DNA from: Planctomycetota bacterium
Lineage (GTDB): Bacteria; Planctomycetota; UBA1135; UBA2386
DNA length: 64,000 nucleotides
Assembly: GCA_947501605.1 (NCBI GenBank)
Contig: CANMWZ010000001.1
Coordinates: 256,001-320,000, forward strand
Reading direction: 5' to 3'
Shown here: positions 29,433-38,863 of the stretch, piece by piece
Position numbering within the stretch: position 1 is the stretch's first letter
Layout of the letters: every line of letters begins with the position of its first letter
Notes under the pieces: model-generated
The model's input: only the letters and a program-made list of their open reading frames with translations
Told to the model about the DNA's origin: nothing
Databases searched by the model: none
Position numbers and translations under genes: made by a program

Positions 29433-30980
29433 ATGACTCGAATCATTGCCGTTGCCGACGCCCAAAAGGCCGCTGCCGAGGGCTCCCCGTTTGATTGCGT
29501 CCTGCTTGTCGGCCACGACGTGAAGAACTCGGGCCTCAAGGCAATCGAGCGGACGGTGCTCGTTGCCGCCGCTGCCGATGCGAGTTTCGACAGCCGCATC
29601 GCGCTGTGGCCCGCCCCGGGCGCCGCCGGCTCGCGCTTGGTGTGCGCGCCCACGGGACCGCTGCAGCGCGACTATGACGACGTTCGCCGCTACGCCGACG
29701 CCGCCGCATCCGGCATGCGTCTCGCGCGGTCGGCCGGCGCCAAATCGGTACTGCTGGTGGTCCAGGGCGCACCGCAGGACCCGCGTTATGTCGCGGCTGC
29801 GTCGGTCGCGGCGCAGGCCGCAGTCGGCGCTCTATGGGAACCTCTCGAGGCCCGCGAAGCGCTCGGTGAGCTCCCACTGCTGCCGATCAAGCAGATCGGC
29901 GTCGCCGCCCTCGACGGCTCGTTCACCAAAGACGACGCCAGAACCACGGAAGCAATCGACGAGGGCGTCTTCTTGTGCAAAGACCTGTGCGGCACCGACC
30001 CCGAACGCATGGCACCCAAGCGCTTCGCCGATCACGTGCAGAAGGCCCTGCGCGGAACCGGCGTCAAGGTCACGGTGGTGCATACAGCGGCCATGTTGCA
30101 GAAGGAGTACCCACTGCTGTCGGCAGTGGCGCGCGCATCGATGCCCGTCGCGCGCCATCGACCATGCGTTGTCCGCCTCGAGTACGTCGGCGGCGGCAAG
30201 AAGAAGCGCACGCTGCTGTTCGCCGGCAAGGGCCTGACCTACGACACCGGCGGCGCCGACCTGAAGGTCGGCGGTCATATGGCGGGTATGTGTCGTGACA
30301 AGGGCGGCGCTGCGGCGGTGGCAGGACTGTTCCTCGCCGCCGCCCGCCTTCAGGTCGAAGGCGTGCACTTGATCGCCGAACTCGGCGTCGTGCGCAACAG
30401 CATCGGCAGCGACAGCTACGTCGCCGACGAGATCATCCTGAGTCACGGCGGCGCCCGCGTCCGTGTCGGCAACACCGATGCCGAAGGCCGCATGGTCCTC
30501 GCGGATCTGCTGTCGCATCTGCGCCTGCGCGCCAAGAAGGCAACCTCCCCGCACCTGTTCTCGGTCGCGACGTTGACGGGCCACGCGGTCCGCGCCGTAG
30601 GCCCTTACACGATCGCTCTCGACAACGGCCCCGCCCGCGCCGTGCGCGCAGCGGACACCCTGCAGGAACACGGCGAACGCTGCGGTGACCCGTTCGAGAT
30701 CTCGCGCCTGCGCCGCGAGGACTGGGACTTCGTCGCACCGTCGAGCAAGGCCTGGGACGTGCTGCAGTGCAACAGCCTGCCAAGCTCCGGCACACCGCGC
30801 GGTCATCAGTTCCCGATGGCGTTCCTCTGCATTGCGAGCGGCCTCGCCGCGCACGGCACGGACAGCAAGGCGCCATTGCCGTACACGCACGTCGATATCG
30901 CCGGGTCAGCGGACGATGCCCAAGGACAGGCAACAGGGCGGCCAGTCGCCACGTTTGTGCGCGCGTTGGCTCTGGGGTGA
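29433..30980 (+). CDS. Leucyl aminopeptidase (M17 family)
   Basis: GKGLTYDTGG.DLK, M..DKGGAA, NTDAEGRMVLAD, ATLTG, HVDIAG; start placed at MTRII. Confidence 0.95.
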   Translation: MTRIIAVADAQKAAAEGSPFDCVLLVGHDVKNSGLKAIERTVLVAAAADASFDSRIALWPAPGAAGSRLVCAPTGPLQRDYDDVRRYADAAASGMRLARSAGAKSVLLVVQGAPQDPRYVAAASVAAQAAVGALWEPLEAREALGELPLLPIKQIGVAALDGSFTKDDARTTEAIDEGVFLCKDLCGTDPERMAPKRFADHVQKALRGTGVKVTVVHTAAMLQKEYPLLSAVARASMPVARHRPCVVRLEYVGGGKKKRTLLFAGKGLTYDTGGADLKVGGHMAGMCRDKGGAAAVAGLFLAAARLQVEGVHLIAELGVVRNSIGSDSYVADEIILSHGGARVRVGNTDAEGRMVLADLLSHLRLRAKKATSPHLFSVATLTGHAVRAVGPYTIALDNGPARAVRAADTLQEHGERCGDPFEISRLRREDWDFVAPSSKAWDVLQCNSLPSSGTPRGHQFPMAFLCIASGLAAHGTDSKAPLPYTHVDIAGSADDAQGQATGRPVATFVRALALG

Positions 30981-31272
30981 GTTTCGCGCAACGTGATCGC
31001 GGCGACCGCAGGCAGCCAGGCACACACGCCCTTCCGCGCCCCGCGAGCGCGACGGGGCGTGCGAAACGCGACTGCGGCCGCGTGGCTTCGGCGGATCAAG
31101 GAGCGTGAGGTTCTAGTGCAGCGCCGGCGTAGCCGAGCCTGAACCGCAGCGGCACGCACCTCGTTCTCCTTGGCATCATCCTGAGCCGAGCCCCTCGGCC
31201 ATCATCCTCGGAACGGCGCGCCCTCCGCTTCCTTGTCCTCTCGAGCCAGACGGCTCTTCGTGGAGGTGCTTC

Positions 31273-32811
31273 GTGAACTCTGTCTCGCCCCAACTCCGTA
31301 CCGATCGCGGCGCCACGCCCATCGCGCATGATGCTCTCGACTTCGCTTCGCTGCTCGCCATCCAACTCGAACGCACGCCCTGGTTCGCGCTATCGATGCT
31401 CGCGCACGCAGTGGCGCTGCTGGCTCTGTGGCTTCTGCTGCCGAGTGAACCACCGACGGAAGACGAGCACTACGTCGCCTTTCTCGCTGCGCCGGAGTCG
31501 GCGATGCTGCCGCTCGAAGTGCCGCCCGAAGTGCTCCCGCTGATCGAGCCGCCGAGCCCCACCGAAGTACTGGATCCCGTCGAGATGTTGGTCGACGCGA
31601 CGGACCCGACGAACGATGCAGCGGACACGACACTCGCCGTCGACAACCGGACCAGCGAACGGCAGAGTGCATTCGAGCACCACGTCGCGAGCAACACTCC
31701 AGTCGGCATTGGCGGCAATCCTGCAGGCCCCGGACCGGGCGAAGGACGGCGGGCGCGGCGGCGTGGCGGCAGTGTCCCTTCCACGCAGATCCAACGCGCA
31801 CTCGAGTGGCTCGTCGCGCATCAGGATGACGACGGTCACTGGGACTGCGACGGGTTCATGAAGCACGATGTCGCGGGCGACCCATGCACAGGTCCCGGCA
31901 ACGGCGTTCACGATGTCGGCGTGACGGGCCTCGCACTGCTCGCACTTCTCGGCGACGGCAGCACGCTCCGCAGCGGACCCCATCGAGAACCCGTGAAGAA
32001 GGGCGTGCAGTGGTTGTTGGCGCAACAGGAGGACGGCGGGCGCCTTGGCTCAGCGGTCGCGAACGACTCTGTCTACGACCACGCGATCGCGACGTATGCA
32101 CTGGCCGAAGCCTGCGGTCTGTCGGAGTCGACGATCCTGCGGAAGCCGCTCGAGCGCGCGCTCGGCCACCTCGCCGCACATCGCAATCCCTACGGTGCTT
32201 GGCGCTATCAGCCACGGGACGGGGATTCGGACACGTCGGTCACGGGATGGTGCGTGCTTGCACTCGGCTCCGCCAAGAGCTTTGGCGTACCGGTCGACGA
32301 GAACGCCCTGAAGGCCGCGCTCGCGCATTTCGACTCGTGCACGGATGCCGCAGGACGCACCGGCTACACCAAAGCTGGCGAACGCAGCGCCCGACGGCCC
32401 GGCGATCACGCGGTTCGCTTTCCCCCGGAGCGCGGCGAAGCCATGACGGCGGTCTCGCTGTTCTGCCGCTACTTCCTCGGCCAAAACCGCGAGGAGCATC
32501 CGACCATGAAGCAGCAAGAGGCACTGCTGGTGGCCAACCCGCCGGTGTGGGACCTGAAGGCCGGCACCATCGATGCCTACTACTGGTACTACGGCAGCTA
32601 TGCGATGTTCCAGGCCGGTGGCAAGGCCTGGGCCGAGTGGCAGAAGCACCTGGGCACCGCGGTCCTCGCCACGCAGCGAACCGACGGCAACGCTCGCGGT
32701 TCGTGGGACCCGGCGTGCGCCTGGGGCGAGGATGGCGGCCGCGTGTATGCCACAGCGATCCTGTGCCTCACCCTTCAGGTCTACTATCGCTACGGCAAGC
32801 TGGCGCGCTGA
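31273..32811 (+). CDS. Membrane-anchored prenyltransferase/squalene-oxidase-repeat protein
   Basis: TM helix, acidic/Pro linker, then AL.WL..HQ..DG.W, TGLALLA, WL...Q..GG, WRY....D.SVT, YYWYY, GSWDP, GGRVYATA; typical of planctomycetes. Confidence 0.88.
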   Translation: MNSVSPQLRTDRGATPIAHDALDFASLLAIQLERTPWFALSMLAHAVALLALWLLLPSEPPTEDEHYVAFLAAPESAMLPLEVPPEVLPLIEPPSPTEVLDPVEMLVDATDPTNDAADTTLAVDNRTSERQSAFEHHVASNTPVGIGGNPAGPGPGEGRRARRRGGSVPSTQIQRALEWLVAHQDDDGHWDCDGFMKHDVAGDPCTGPGNGVHDVGVTGLALLALLGDGSTLRSGPHREPVKKGVQWLLAQQEDGGRLGSAVANDSVYDHAIATYALAEACGLSESTILRKPLERALGHLAAHRNPYGAWRYQPRDGDSDTSVTGWCVLALGSAKSFGVPVDENALKAALAHFDSCTDAAGRTGYTKAGERSARRPGDHAVRFPPERGEAMTAVSLFCRYFLGQNREEHPTMKQQEALLVANPPVWDLKAGTIDAYYWYYGSYAMFQAGGKAWAEWQKHLGTAVLATQRTDGNARGSWDPACAWGEDGGRVYATAILCLTLQVYYRYGKLAR

Positions 32812-32974
32812 GGCACTGACGCACGTTGCCGGTGTCGAGAATCGCACTCCGAGAGCTGGTGACTGCCGCGCCCCTCGGCACTTTGCCGCGGCTCAGGACC
32901 CACCGCCCGGATCGCCCGCTTCACCCGCCGTTGCCAACGACGCCACCAGCGCGTTGTCCAAAGACAGGATTTCC

Positions 32975-33003
32975 TGAAGTCGGACTCAAGTCGCAGCCGA
33001 TGA
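32975..33003 (+). promoter_or_regulatory. Possible sigma28 (FliA) promoter for flagellin
   Basis: GCCGATGA at 32996-33003 resembles GCCGATAA; TGAAG lies 16 nt upstream, slightly longer than the usual spacing. Confidence 0.45.
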
Positions 33004-33066
33004 AGGGAGCACGGTGCAGCGGGCCCTCAGCTCGCATGCGCCAAGGCAAAGGAATCGAGGTTACAG

Positions 33067-33897
33067 ATGGGCCTTCGCGTCAACTCCAACATCGCATCGA
33101 TCAACGCGCAGCGCTCGCTGTCGCAGACCACAGACCGGTTGCAGGCGAACTACCGCCGCCTCTCTACGGGTCTGCGAATCTCGACGGCCGCCGACGATGC
33201 CGCTGGTCTTGCGATCTCCGAGCGCTTCCGCGCCCAGATCCGCTCGACCAACCAAGCGATTCGCAACGCGCAGGACGGCATCTCCCTGACGCAGACGGGT
33301 GAAGGTGCGCTGAACGAAGTCAGCAACATCCTGATCCGCATGCGCGAACTCGCGATCCAGGCCAGCAACGGCACGGTCAGCTCGCAAGACCGCGACACGC
33401 TCAACCAGGAGTTCGCCGATCTGATCGACGAGGTCGACCGCATCGCGCAGTCGACGACGTTCAACGGCGTCCGTCTGCTCGACGGCACCGGCTCGACACT
33501 GACCTTCCAGGTTGGAACGGGCACGACCAGTGGTGTCGACACCATCCAACTGAACACGTCCGACACGCTCTCCTCGACGCTCGGTCTGTCGTCCCTGGAC
33601 ATCGGCAGCACCGGGGTCACCTCGACGGCCGTCGACATGGTCGACAGCGCAATCAACTCGGTGAGCCAGGTGCGCGGCCAGTTTGGCGCCGTGCAGAACC
33701 GCTTGACGGCGACGATCGCAAACCTGCAGATCCAGGTCGAAAACACCAGCGCAGCCGAGAGCCGCATCCGCGACGTCGACGTCGCGATCGAAACCGCGCA
33801 GCTGACTAGAAACTCCATCCTCCAGCAGTCGGCGATTGCGATTCTGAGTCAGGCGAACACGCAGCCCCAAGCCGCCTTGCAGCTGCTACAAGGCTGA
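33067..33897 (+). CDS. fliC: Flagellin, minimal D0/D1 type
   Basis: LSTGLRI..AADDAAGLAISE, RNAQDGIS..QT.EGAL, RMRELA.Q, FNG..LLDG, GA.QNRL, AAESRIRDVD.A.E. Confidence 0.97.
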   Translation: MGLRVNSNIASINAQRSLSQTTDRLQANYRRLSTGLRISTAADDAAGLAISERFRAQIRSTNQAIRNAQDGISLTQTGEGALNEVSNILIRMRELAIQASNGTVSSQDRDTLNQEFADLIDEVDRIAQSTTFNGVRLLDGTGSTLTFQVGTGTTSGVDTIQLNTSDTLSSTLGLSSLDIGSTGVTSTAVDMVDSAINSVSQVRGQFGAVQNRLTATIANLQIQVENTSAAESRIRDVDVAIETAQLTRNSILQQSAIAILSQANTQPQAALQLLQG

Positions 33898-33973
33898 GCC
33901 CGTACATGGCGGCGCGCCGCAGCACGGCGCGTCGTCTCGGTCGCCTACCCGCAGAGCGGGCGGCGCGCGCAGG

Positions 33974-34027
33974 CACCACAGCGTCCGCTTGGACGCCGAG
34001 CACCACAGCGTCCGCTTGGACGCCGAG
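33974..34027. repeat. Perfect 27-bp tandem duplication, each unit containing a hairpin
   Basis: (CACCACAGCGTCCGCTTGGACGCCGAG)x2, with GCGTCC-GCTT-GGACGC in each unit; abuts the rpsT stop. Confidence 0.92.
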
Positions 34028-34297
34028 TCAGGTCGACTTCATCGCGCCGACGGCGCTCATGACCTGGCTCTTGTGGCGCGAGGCCTTGTTGCTGTGAATC
34101 GTGTGCGACTTCGCGGCCTTGTCGATGATCTTGTAGGCCCTGAGCGCGATCGCGTCGGCCTTCGTCTTGTCGCCGGACGTCACGGCCGCGTGCAGCGTCC
34201 GGATGATCGACTTCAGGGTGGAGATCTTCGCCTTGTTGTAGACGCGGGCCTTTTCGGACTGACGGGCGCGCTTCAGCGCTTGCTTGCTGTGAGCCAT
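34028..34297 (-). CDS. rpsT: 30S ribosomal protein S20
   Basis: MAHSKQALKRARQSEKAR.YN, IDKAAK...IH.NKASR.KS. Confidence 0.97.
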   Translation of the reverse strand: MAHSKQALKRARQSEKARVYNKAKISTLKSIIRTLHAAVTSGDKTKADAIALRAYKIIDKAAKSHTIHSNKASRHKSQVMSAVGAMKST

Positions 34298-34358
34298 GTG
34301 CGGTTGGTCTGGGATCGTACGGTTCTGGTTCGGAAAGTAACGCGGCCGGGCCGCCTTC

Positions 34359-35696
34359 TCAGCCCGCCTTCAAGCGGTCGACGCGTTGTGCCACGTCGCG
34401 GTAGCCGATGTCTTGTTCGAGGATGCGAGTGTAGTGCTGCAGCGCAGTCTCGCGCCTACCCTGCTCTTCGCACAGCCCCCCCATCTCATAAAGGACGTCC
34501 TTGGCGAGGGGACCGTTGCCGGCCGCCTGCAGCGCCTTCTCATACTGGCCGAGCGCAAGATCGGGGAGATTCTTGCCGCGGAACGCGCGCCCGAGCAGGA
34601 ACTGGGAGTCAGCCTTCTTGCGCGGGTCCTTGACCGACTGCTGCAACTCCGCAATCGAAGTCTCGAACTCGCGGAGTTCGAGCAGCGCCGAGCCGAGCTG
34701 GAAGCGCAGGGCCAAGTCAGCCGGATTGCGCTCGATGCGACGGCGATACTCTTGGGCGCGGGCTTCGTTGAGTGCCCGCTCCGCTCGCTCCGCGGCGGCG
34801 CCATCGCCACGCGCCAGCGCCTTCTGCACGTACTGCTCCTGCAGGCGAAGGCGAAGATCGCCGGCAAGATCCTGCAGTTCCGCGTCGCCAGGAGCCTTCT
34901 GAGCCGCCGACTCGATGCAGTCGAGAGCGCCGCGGAGGTCCTTGTTTTGCTCGCGCAGCTTGCCGACACGACGGAGCAACGCCACGTCATCGGGCTTCTC
35001 CTGCAGCGCCTCTTCAGACTGCTCGAGCTGTTTCGCCAGCTCTTCGGGGCTGAGCTGCAAGCGACCCGCCTGTTCGAGCTTCTGCTGCAGCGACTTGTCC
35101 TTGATCAGGTCGCGCGAACTCTGCGCCGTCTCGATGCCCGAACTCTTGAGTGCGCCCTCGGCAGCGAGGTCCTTGCGGGCCTTCAGAGCCTCCTGGTCGC
35201 GCGGGTCGACTTTGAGCGCCATCTCGTAGAATTGCAGCGCATCCTGCAACTTGCCCTGCTCGTAGAGCAAGGCGCCCGCCGAACGAGCCGCCAGTAGACA
35301 GCGCGGCTGTTGCTGCGCGAAGGCGGCGAACACCGCGAGCGCCGACCGGCGGTGGCCAGCGCGCTTCAGGGCCATGCCCAGTGCCAAGTTGGATCCCTCG
35401 CTCAGCGGATCGAAGGCAAGGTAGCGTTCGAACGCGTTGGCGGCCCCGCCATGCTGGCCGCAGAGCCGCAGCACGTGGCCGGTGAGCCAGTGGACGCCGC
35501 CGAAGAGCATCGCCGCCAGCTTTGCTGGCTTCTTGAGCGTGGCCTTGGCAAACAGCGCCTTGCGCAGCCCGTCGCGGGCCTCACCGTAGTCCGGCTGGAT
35601 CGCCAACACCTGCGAGTAGATCTTGATCGCCAACGGATGGTTCCGCCGTTTGACGGCGTCCGCTGCGTTCTCGAGGTGTTTGCTGAGGTCGACCAT
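34359..35696 (-). CDS. TPR-repeat protein
   Basis: Multiple TPRs; C-terminal Y..I...DI.YRDVA.R; start placed at MVDLSK. Confidence 0.85.
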   Translation of the reverse strand: MVDLSKHLENAADAVKRRNHPLAIKIYSQVLAIQPDYGEARDGLRKALFAKATLKKPAKLAAMLFGGVHWLTGHVLRLCGQHGGAANAFERYLAFDPLSEGSNLALGMALKRAGHRRSALAVFAAFAQQQPRCLLAARSAGALLYEQGKLQDALQFYEMALKVDPRDQEALKARKDLAAEGALKSSGIETAQSSRDLIKDKSLQQKLEQAGRLQLSPEELAKQLEQSEEALQEKPDDVALLRRVGKLREQNKDLRGALDCIESAAQKAPGDAELQDLAGDLRLRLQEQYVQKALARGDGAAAERAERALNEARAQEYRRRIERNPADLALRFQLGSALLELREFETSIAELQQSVKDPRKKADSQFLLGRAFRGKNLPDLALGQYEKALQAAGNGPLAKDVLYEMGGLCEEQGRRETALQHYTRILEQDIGYRDVAQRVDRLKAG

Positions 35697-35742
35697 GCGC
35701 TCCAGTCTTTCGCGTGACTTGACGCCAGGGAAAGGGGCGAAG

Positions 35743-35771
35743 AATCTACCGCCGTCCTCCCGCCCCCGCAA
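35743..35771 (-). promoter_or_regulatory. Putative sigma70 promoter for the TPR gene (possibly also rpsT)
   Basis: Minus strand TTGCGG-N17-TAGATT. Confidence 0.4.
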
Positions 35772-35852
35772 CGATCACCCTCACCCGCGTCGGGGACCTC
35801 TGGATCCCACGCCCCACTGCGCCCCGCGGCGCAACCTACCCCCCGCCACCGG

Positions 35853-36371
35853 ATGGAACCCCTGGAAGTCCGCGTTTACCCCGATCCCGTGCTGCGCCGC
35901 GGCGGCAAGCCTGTGACGTCTTTTGACTCGGAGCTGCGCGCAACGGCGGCCCGGATGATGACCGCAATGTACGACGAGGTCGGCGTCGGCCTCGCCGCGC
36001 CTCAGGTCGGCATCGAGCAGAAGCTCCTGGTGCTGAACCCCACCGGCAGCAAACAGGACCGGGACCAAGAGCTGGCGCTGATCAACCCCAAGATCACCCG
36101 CAAGAAGGGCCGCGAATTCGATGAGGAAGGGTGCTTGTCGTTCCCTGGCATCCAGGCGGACGTCGAACGCTGGATCGAGATCACAGTGACCTACCAGGAC
36201 TTGGACGGCAAGGAACAGACGCTGAAGGCTACCGACCTGCTCGCCCGCATCATCCAGCACGAACTCGACCACCTCGAAGGCGTGTTATTCGTCGACCGGC
36301 TATCGGCCGCTGACAAGTTGCGGGTGCGGAGCAAGCTCGACGAACTCGAAGAGCGCTACGCGCGCCGCTGA
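35853..36371 (+). CDS. def: Peptide deformylase
   Basis: GVGLAAPQVG, EGCLS, QHELDHL. Confidence 0.98.
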   Translation: MEPLEVRVYPDPVLRRGGKPVTSFDSELRATAARMMTAMYDEVGVGLAAPQVGIEQKLLVLNPTGSKQDRDQELALINPKITRKKGREFDEEGCLSFPGIQADVERWIEITVTYQDLDGKEQTLKATDLLARIIQHELDHLEGVLFVDRLSAADKLRVRSKLDELEERYARR

Positions 36372-36378
36372 TTTCGGC

Positions 36379-37335
36379 ATGCGCCTGATCGAAGGAATCG
36401 ATGCCCTCCAAGCGCTCGACTTGGTCGCGGCGGTCGGGCAGGGCCCGGCGAGCCACTCCGTCGTCGCCGTCGGGGTGTTCGACGGTGTGCATCTCGGCCA
36501 CCAGCGATTGCTGCACGAGTTGCTGGAGATGAACTCGCGACTGCCGGGCGCACCCACGGTCATCACCTTTCGCAATCACCCAGACCAAGTGCTGCGCGGC
36601 GCCGCGCCGCCGCTGTTGGTGTCGGTGCCCCACCGCATCCGGTTGCTGCGACGCGCTGGAGTTCAACGGCTCGTGCTGCTCGATTTCGAACCGCGACTGC
36701 AGCAGATGACTGCGCGCCAGTTCGCCCAGGATCTTCTGGTGTCGCGACTGCGAGCATCGGGCTTGCTGCTCGGCTACGACAGCGCTCTGGGCAAGGACCG
36801 TGAAGGCACCCCCGCCCGCTTCGTCGAACTCGGCGGCGAGCTCGGCTTCGAAGTGCGCATCGGCCGGCCCTTCGAAGTCGACGGTGAGACCGTCTCCTCG
36901 ACGCGGATCCGGCAGGCCATCGGCAGCGGCGACCTCGAACTGGGCAAACGCCTGCTCGGGCGCCACCCCAGCACCCTTGGCGTCGTCGAACACGGCTTCG
37001 GCCGCGGTCGCGACCTCGGCTTCCCCACCGCCAACCTTCGGCCGCAAACCCCGGCGCTGCCGCCGCACGGGGTCTATGCGGTCGAGGTCATTGTGGACGG
37101 CGGGGTCCTCCCCGGCATTGCCAACTTGGGTGTGCGCCCGACTTTTGGCGATGAGGCCAAAGCAGCGATGCTCGAAGTGCACCTCCTCGACTTCGCCGGC
37201 GACCTCTACGGACGCGAGCTAGAGGTCGCGTTTGTCGCCCTGATTCGGGCCGAGCGCAAGTTCGCCAACGCTGCCGAACTGAGCGCCCAGATCGCCCGCG
37301 ACATCGCGGCGGCGCGAACGCGTCTTCGCGCCTGA
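36379..37335 (+). CDS. ribF: Bifunctional riboflavin kinase/FAD synthetase
   Basis: GVFDGVHLGHQ, VSSTRIR, GR.LGFPTAN, NLGVRPTF, EVHLLDF, IR.ERKF. Confidence 0.96.
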   Translation: MRLIEGIDALQALDLVAAVGQGPASHSVVAVGVFDGVHLGHQRLLHELLEMNSRLPGAPTVITFRNHPDQVLRGAAPPLLVSVPHRIRLLRRAGVQRLVLLDFEPRLQQMTARQFAQDLLVSRLRASGLLLGYDSALGKDREGTPARFVELGGELGFEVRIGRPFEVDGETVSSTRIRQAIGSGDLELGKRLLGRHPSTLGVVEHGFGRGRDLGFPTANLRPQTPALPPHGVYAVEVIVDGGVLPGIANLGVRPTFGDEAKAAMLEVHLLDFAGDLYGRELEVAFVALIRAERKFANAAELSAQIARDIAAARTRLRA

Positions 37336-37515
37336 CCCCGCAAGCCGAAGGTTGGATCCAATTCGCACTTCGCGTGATTGCAGCTAGCCCGCCGGACGCC
37401 TAGCCTCCCGCACTCGGTGGCACCACCCCCTGGTCGCGCGCGGCCGTCCTCCCGGGGGTCACCGACGGCAGCTTGACTGCACGTTTTATCTACGGCACCG
37501 ATCCTCACCCGATCC

Positions 37516-38847
37516 ATGCGCGCCAGACTCAGGAACCTCCACGTAGTGGCGGCGGCAGCAGCCGCTCTGTTCACATCGGCCGTACTCTCGGCCCAAACAC
37601 CCACGTTGCTCCAGCAGGCTGGCAACACGGCGAAAACCCAATCCCAACTCCCGGTCACGCTCAACCAGCGCACCACTCCGGGCAGCCTGCTCGTCGTCTG
37701 CTACACCACCACGGCCAGTGGAACAGCCACGGTTTCCGGCGGCGGTGTGTCGCAATGGACTCTCTGCCAAGCAGCGCTCCCCGGCGCCACCAACGTGCAG
37801 ATCTTCGCGGGAGTCGTAAATGGCAGCCCCAGTCGCGCGGTGAACGTAACGTTGGCCAGTAGCTCGGCACTGGCGTCCGTCAGCGTCAGCGAATGGCGCG
37901 GGTTCGTTGGCATGCCTCTCGTCGCCGCCGCCTCAGGCACGGGCAGCAGCCTCGACCTGAACCCAACCGCCACGACCTCGCCACTGCAGATCCAAGATGG
38001 CGACCTCGTCGTCTCCATGTGCGCGATGACCGATGGCACAGAAGTCGTGCCGGAACCCATCCACAGCTGGAAGCCGCTGCCGCAGGGCCGCAAGAACGAC
38101 CACTTGCTGATGGCCGCGGGTTGGTTCGTTGCGTCGAGCCCGGAGCTGGTGTCGATGCGTTGGCCATTCACGCGAGCCCAGGACTACTCCTCGGCGCTCG
38201 TCGCTTTCCGTATGCCGGCCCCGCCGCCACAAACGCCGATGTTGGTGCAACACACCAGCGACGCACTGTGGAACGTGTCGAGCCTCACTCTGCAGTTGGG
38301 GCAACAGCCCGCACCCGGGGATCTGCTCGTGGTCTGCCACGAGAGCAACAGCAGCAGCAATTCGCGAATCTCCGGTGGCGGGGTGACGCAATGGACTCTC
38401 TGCATGTCCTCAGCGCCGACGATCGTCAACTCGGAGATCTGGGCCGGGATCGTCGGCCCAAGCCCGAGCAGTACGATCACGATCACCCTCGGCAGTGCCC
38501 CGAACGGAGCGATCGCTTCGGTCTCGCAGTGGTCGGACCTGCCCGTACCGCTGGCCTTCGAAGCGATGCTCAGCTCGGGCCCGACCGGTGGAACCGGTGT
38601 GCAAACGCCGAGTGTGCCGGCTGACGCCAACGAACTCGTCGTCGCCATGGTCGGCATACACCAGGGCGCGAACACCGTGAGCCTGCCAACGAACGGCTTC
38701 ACCCAGTTCACACAGGCCTACCTGCCGAGCACCGCCATGTCGGCGGCCTGGTTCGTGCCGACGACCGCCGGCTACTACTCAACCTCGTGGTCGCTGCAGA
38801 ACTCGACTCGCTGGGCCGCGCCCATCGTCGTTTTCGGCGGCCGCTGA
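37516..38847 (+). CDS. Secreted Ser/Thr-rich beta protein with an internal duplication
   Basis: Signal peptide (..VLSA|Q); two ~210-aa halves sharing QTP.L.Q, PG.LLVVC, SGGGV.QWTLC, ASVS.W, AA.WFV. Confidence 0.8.
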   Translation: MRARLRNLHVVAAAAAALFTSAVLSAQTPTLLQQAGNTAKTQSQLPVTLNQRTTPGSLLVVCYTTTASGTATVSGGGVSQWTLCQAALPGATNVQIFAGVVNGSPSRAVNVTLASSSALASVSVSEWRGFVGMPLVAAASGTGSSLDLNPTATTSPLQIQDGDLVVSMCAMTDGTEVVPEPIHSWKPLPQGRKNDHLLMAAGWFVASSPELVSMRWPFTRAQDYSSALVAFRMPAPPPQTPMLVQHTSDALWNVSSLTLQLGQQPAPGDLLVVCHESNSSSNSRISGGGVTQWTLCMSSAPTIVNSEIWAGIVGPSPSSTITITLGSAPNGAIASVSQWSDLPVPLAFEAMLSSGPTGGTGVQTPSVPADANELVVAMVGIHQGANTVSLPTNGFTQFTQAYLPSTAMSAAWFVPTTAGYYSTSWSLQNSTRWAAPIVVFGGR

Positions 38848-38863
38848 TCCGCGCGCGCCGCGC

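Noticed and set aside
33974..34027. Palindromic 27-bp repeats as a mini CRISPR array
   Set aside because: Units are directly adjacent with no spacer, and there are no cas genes
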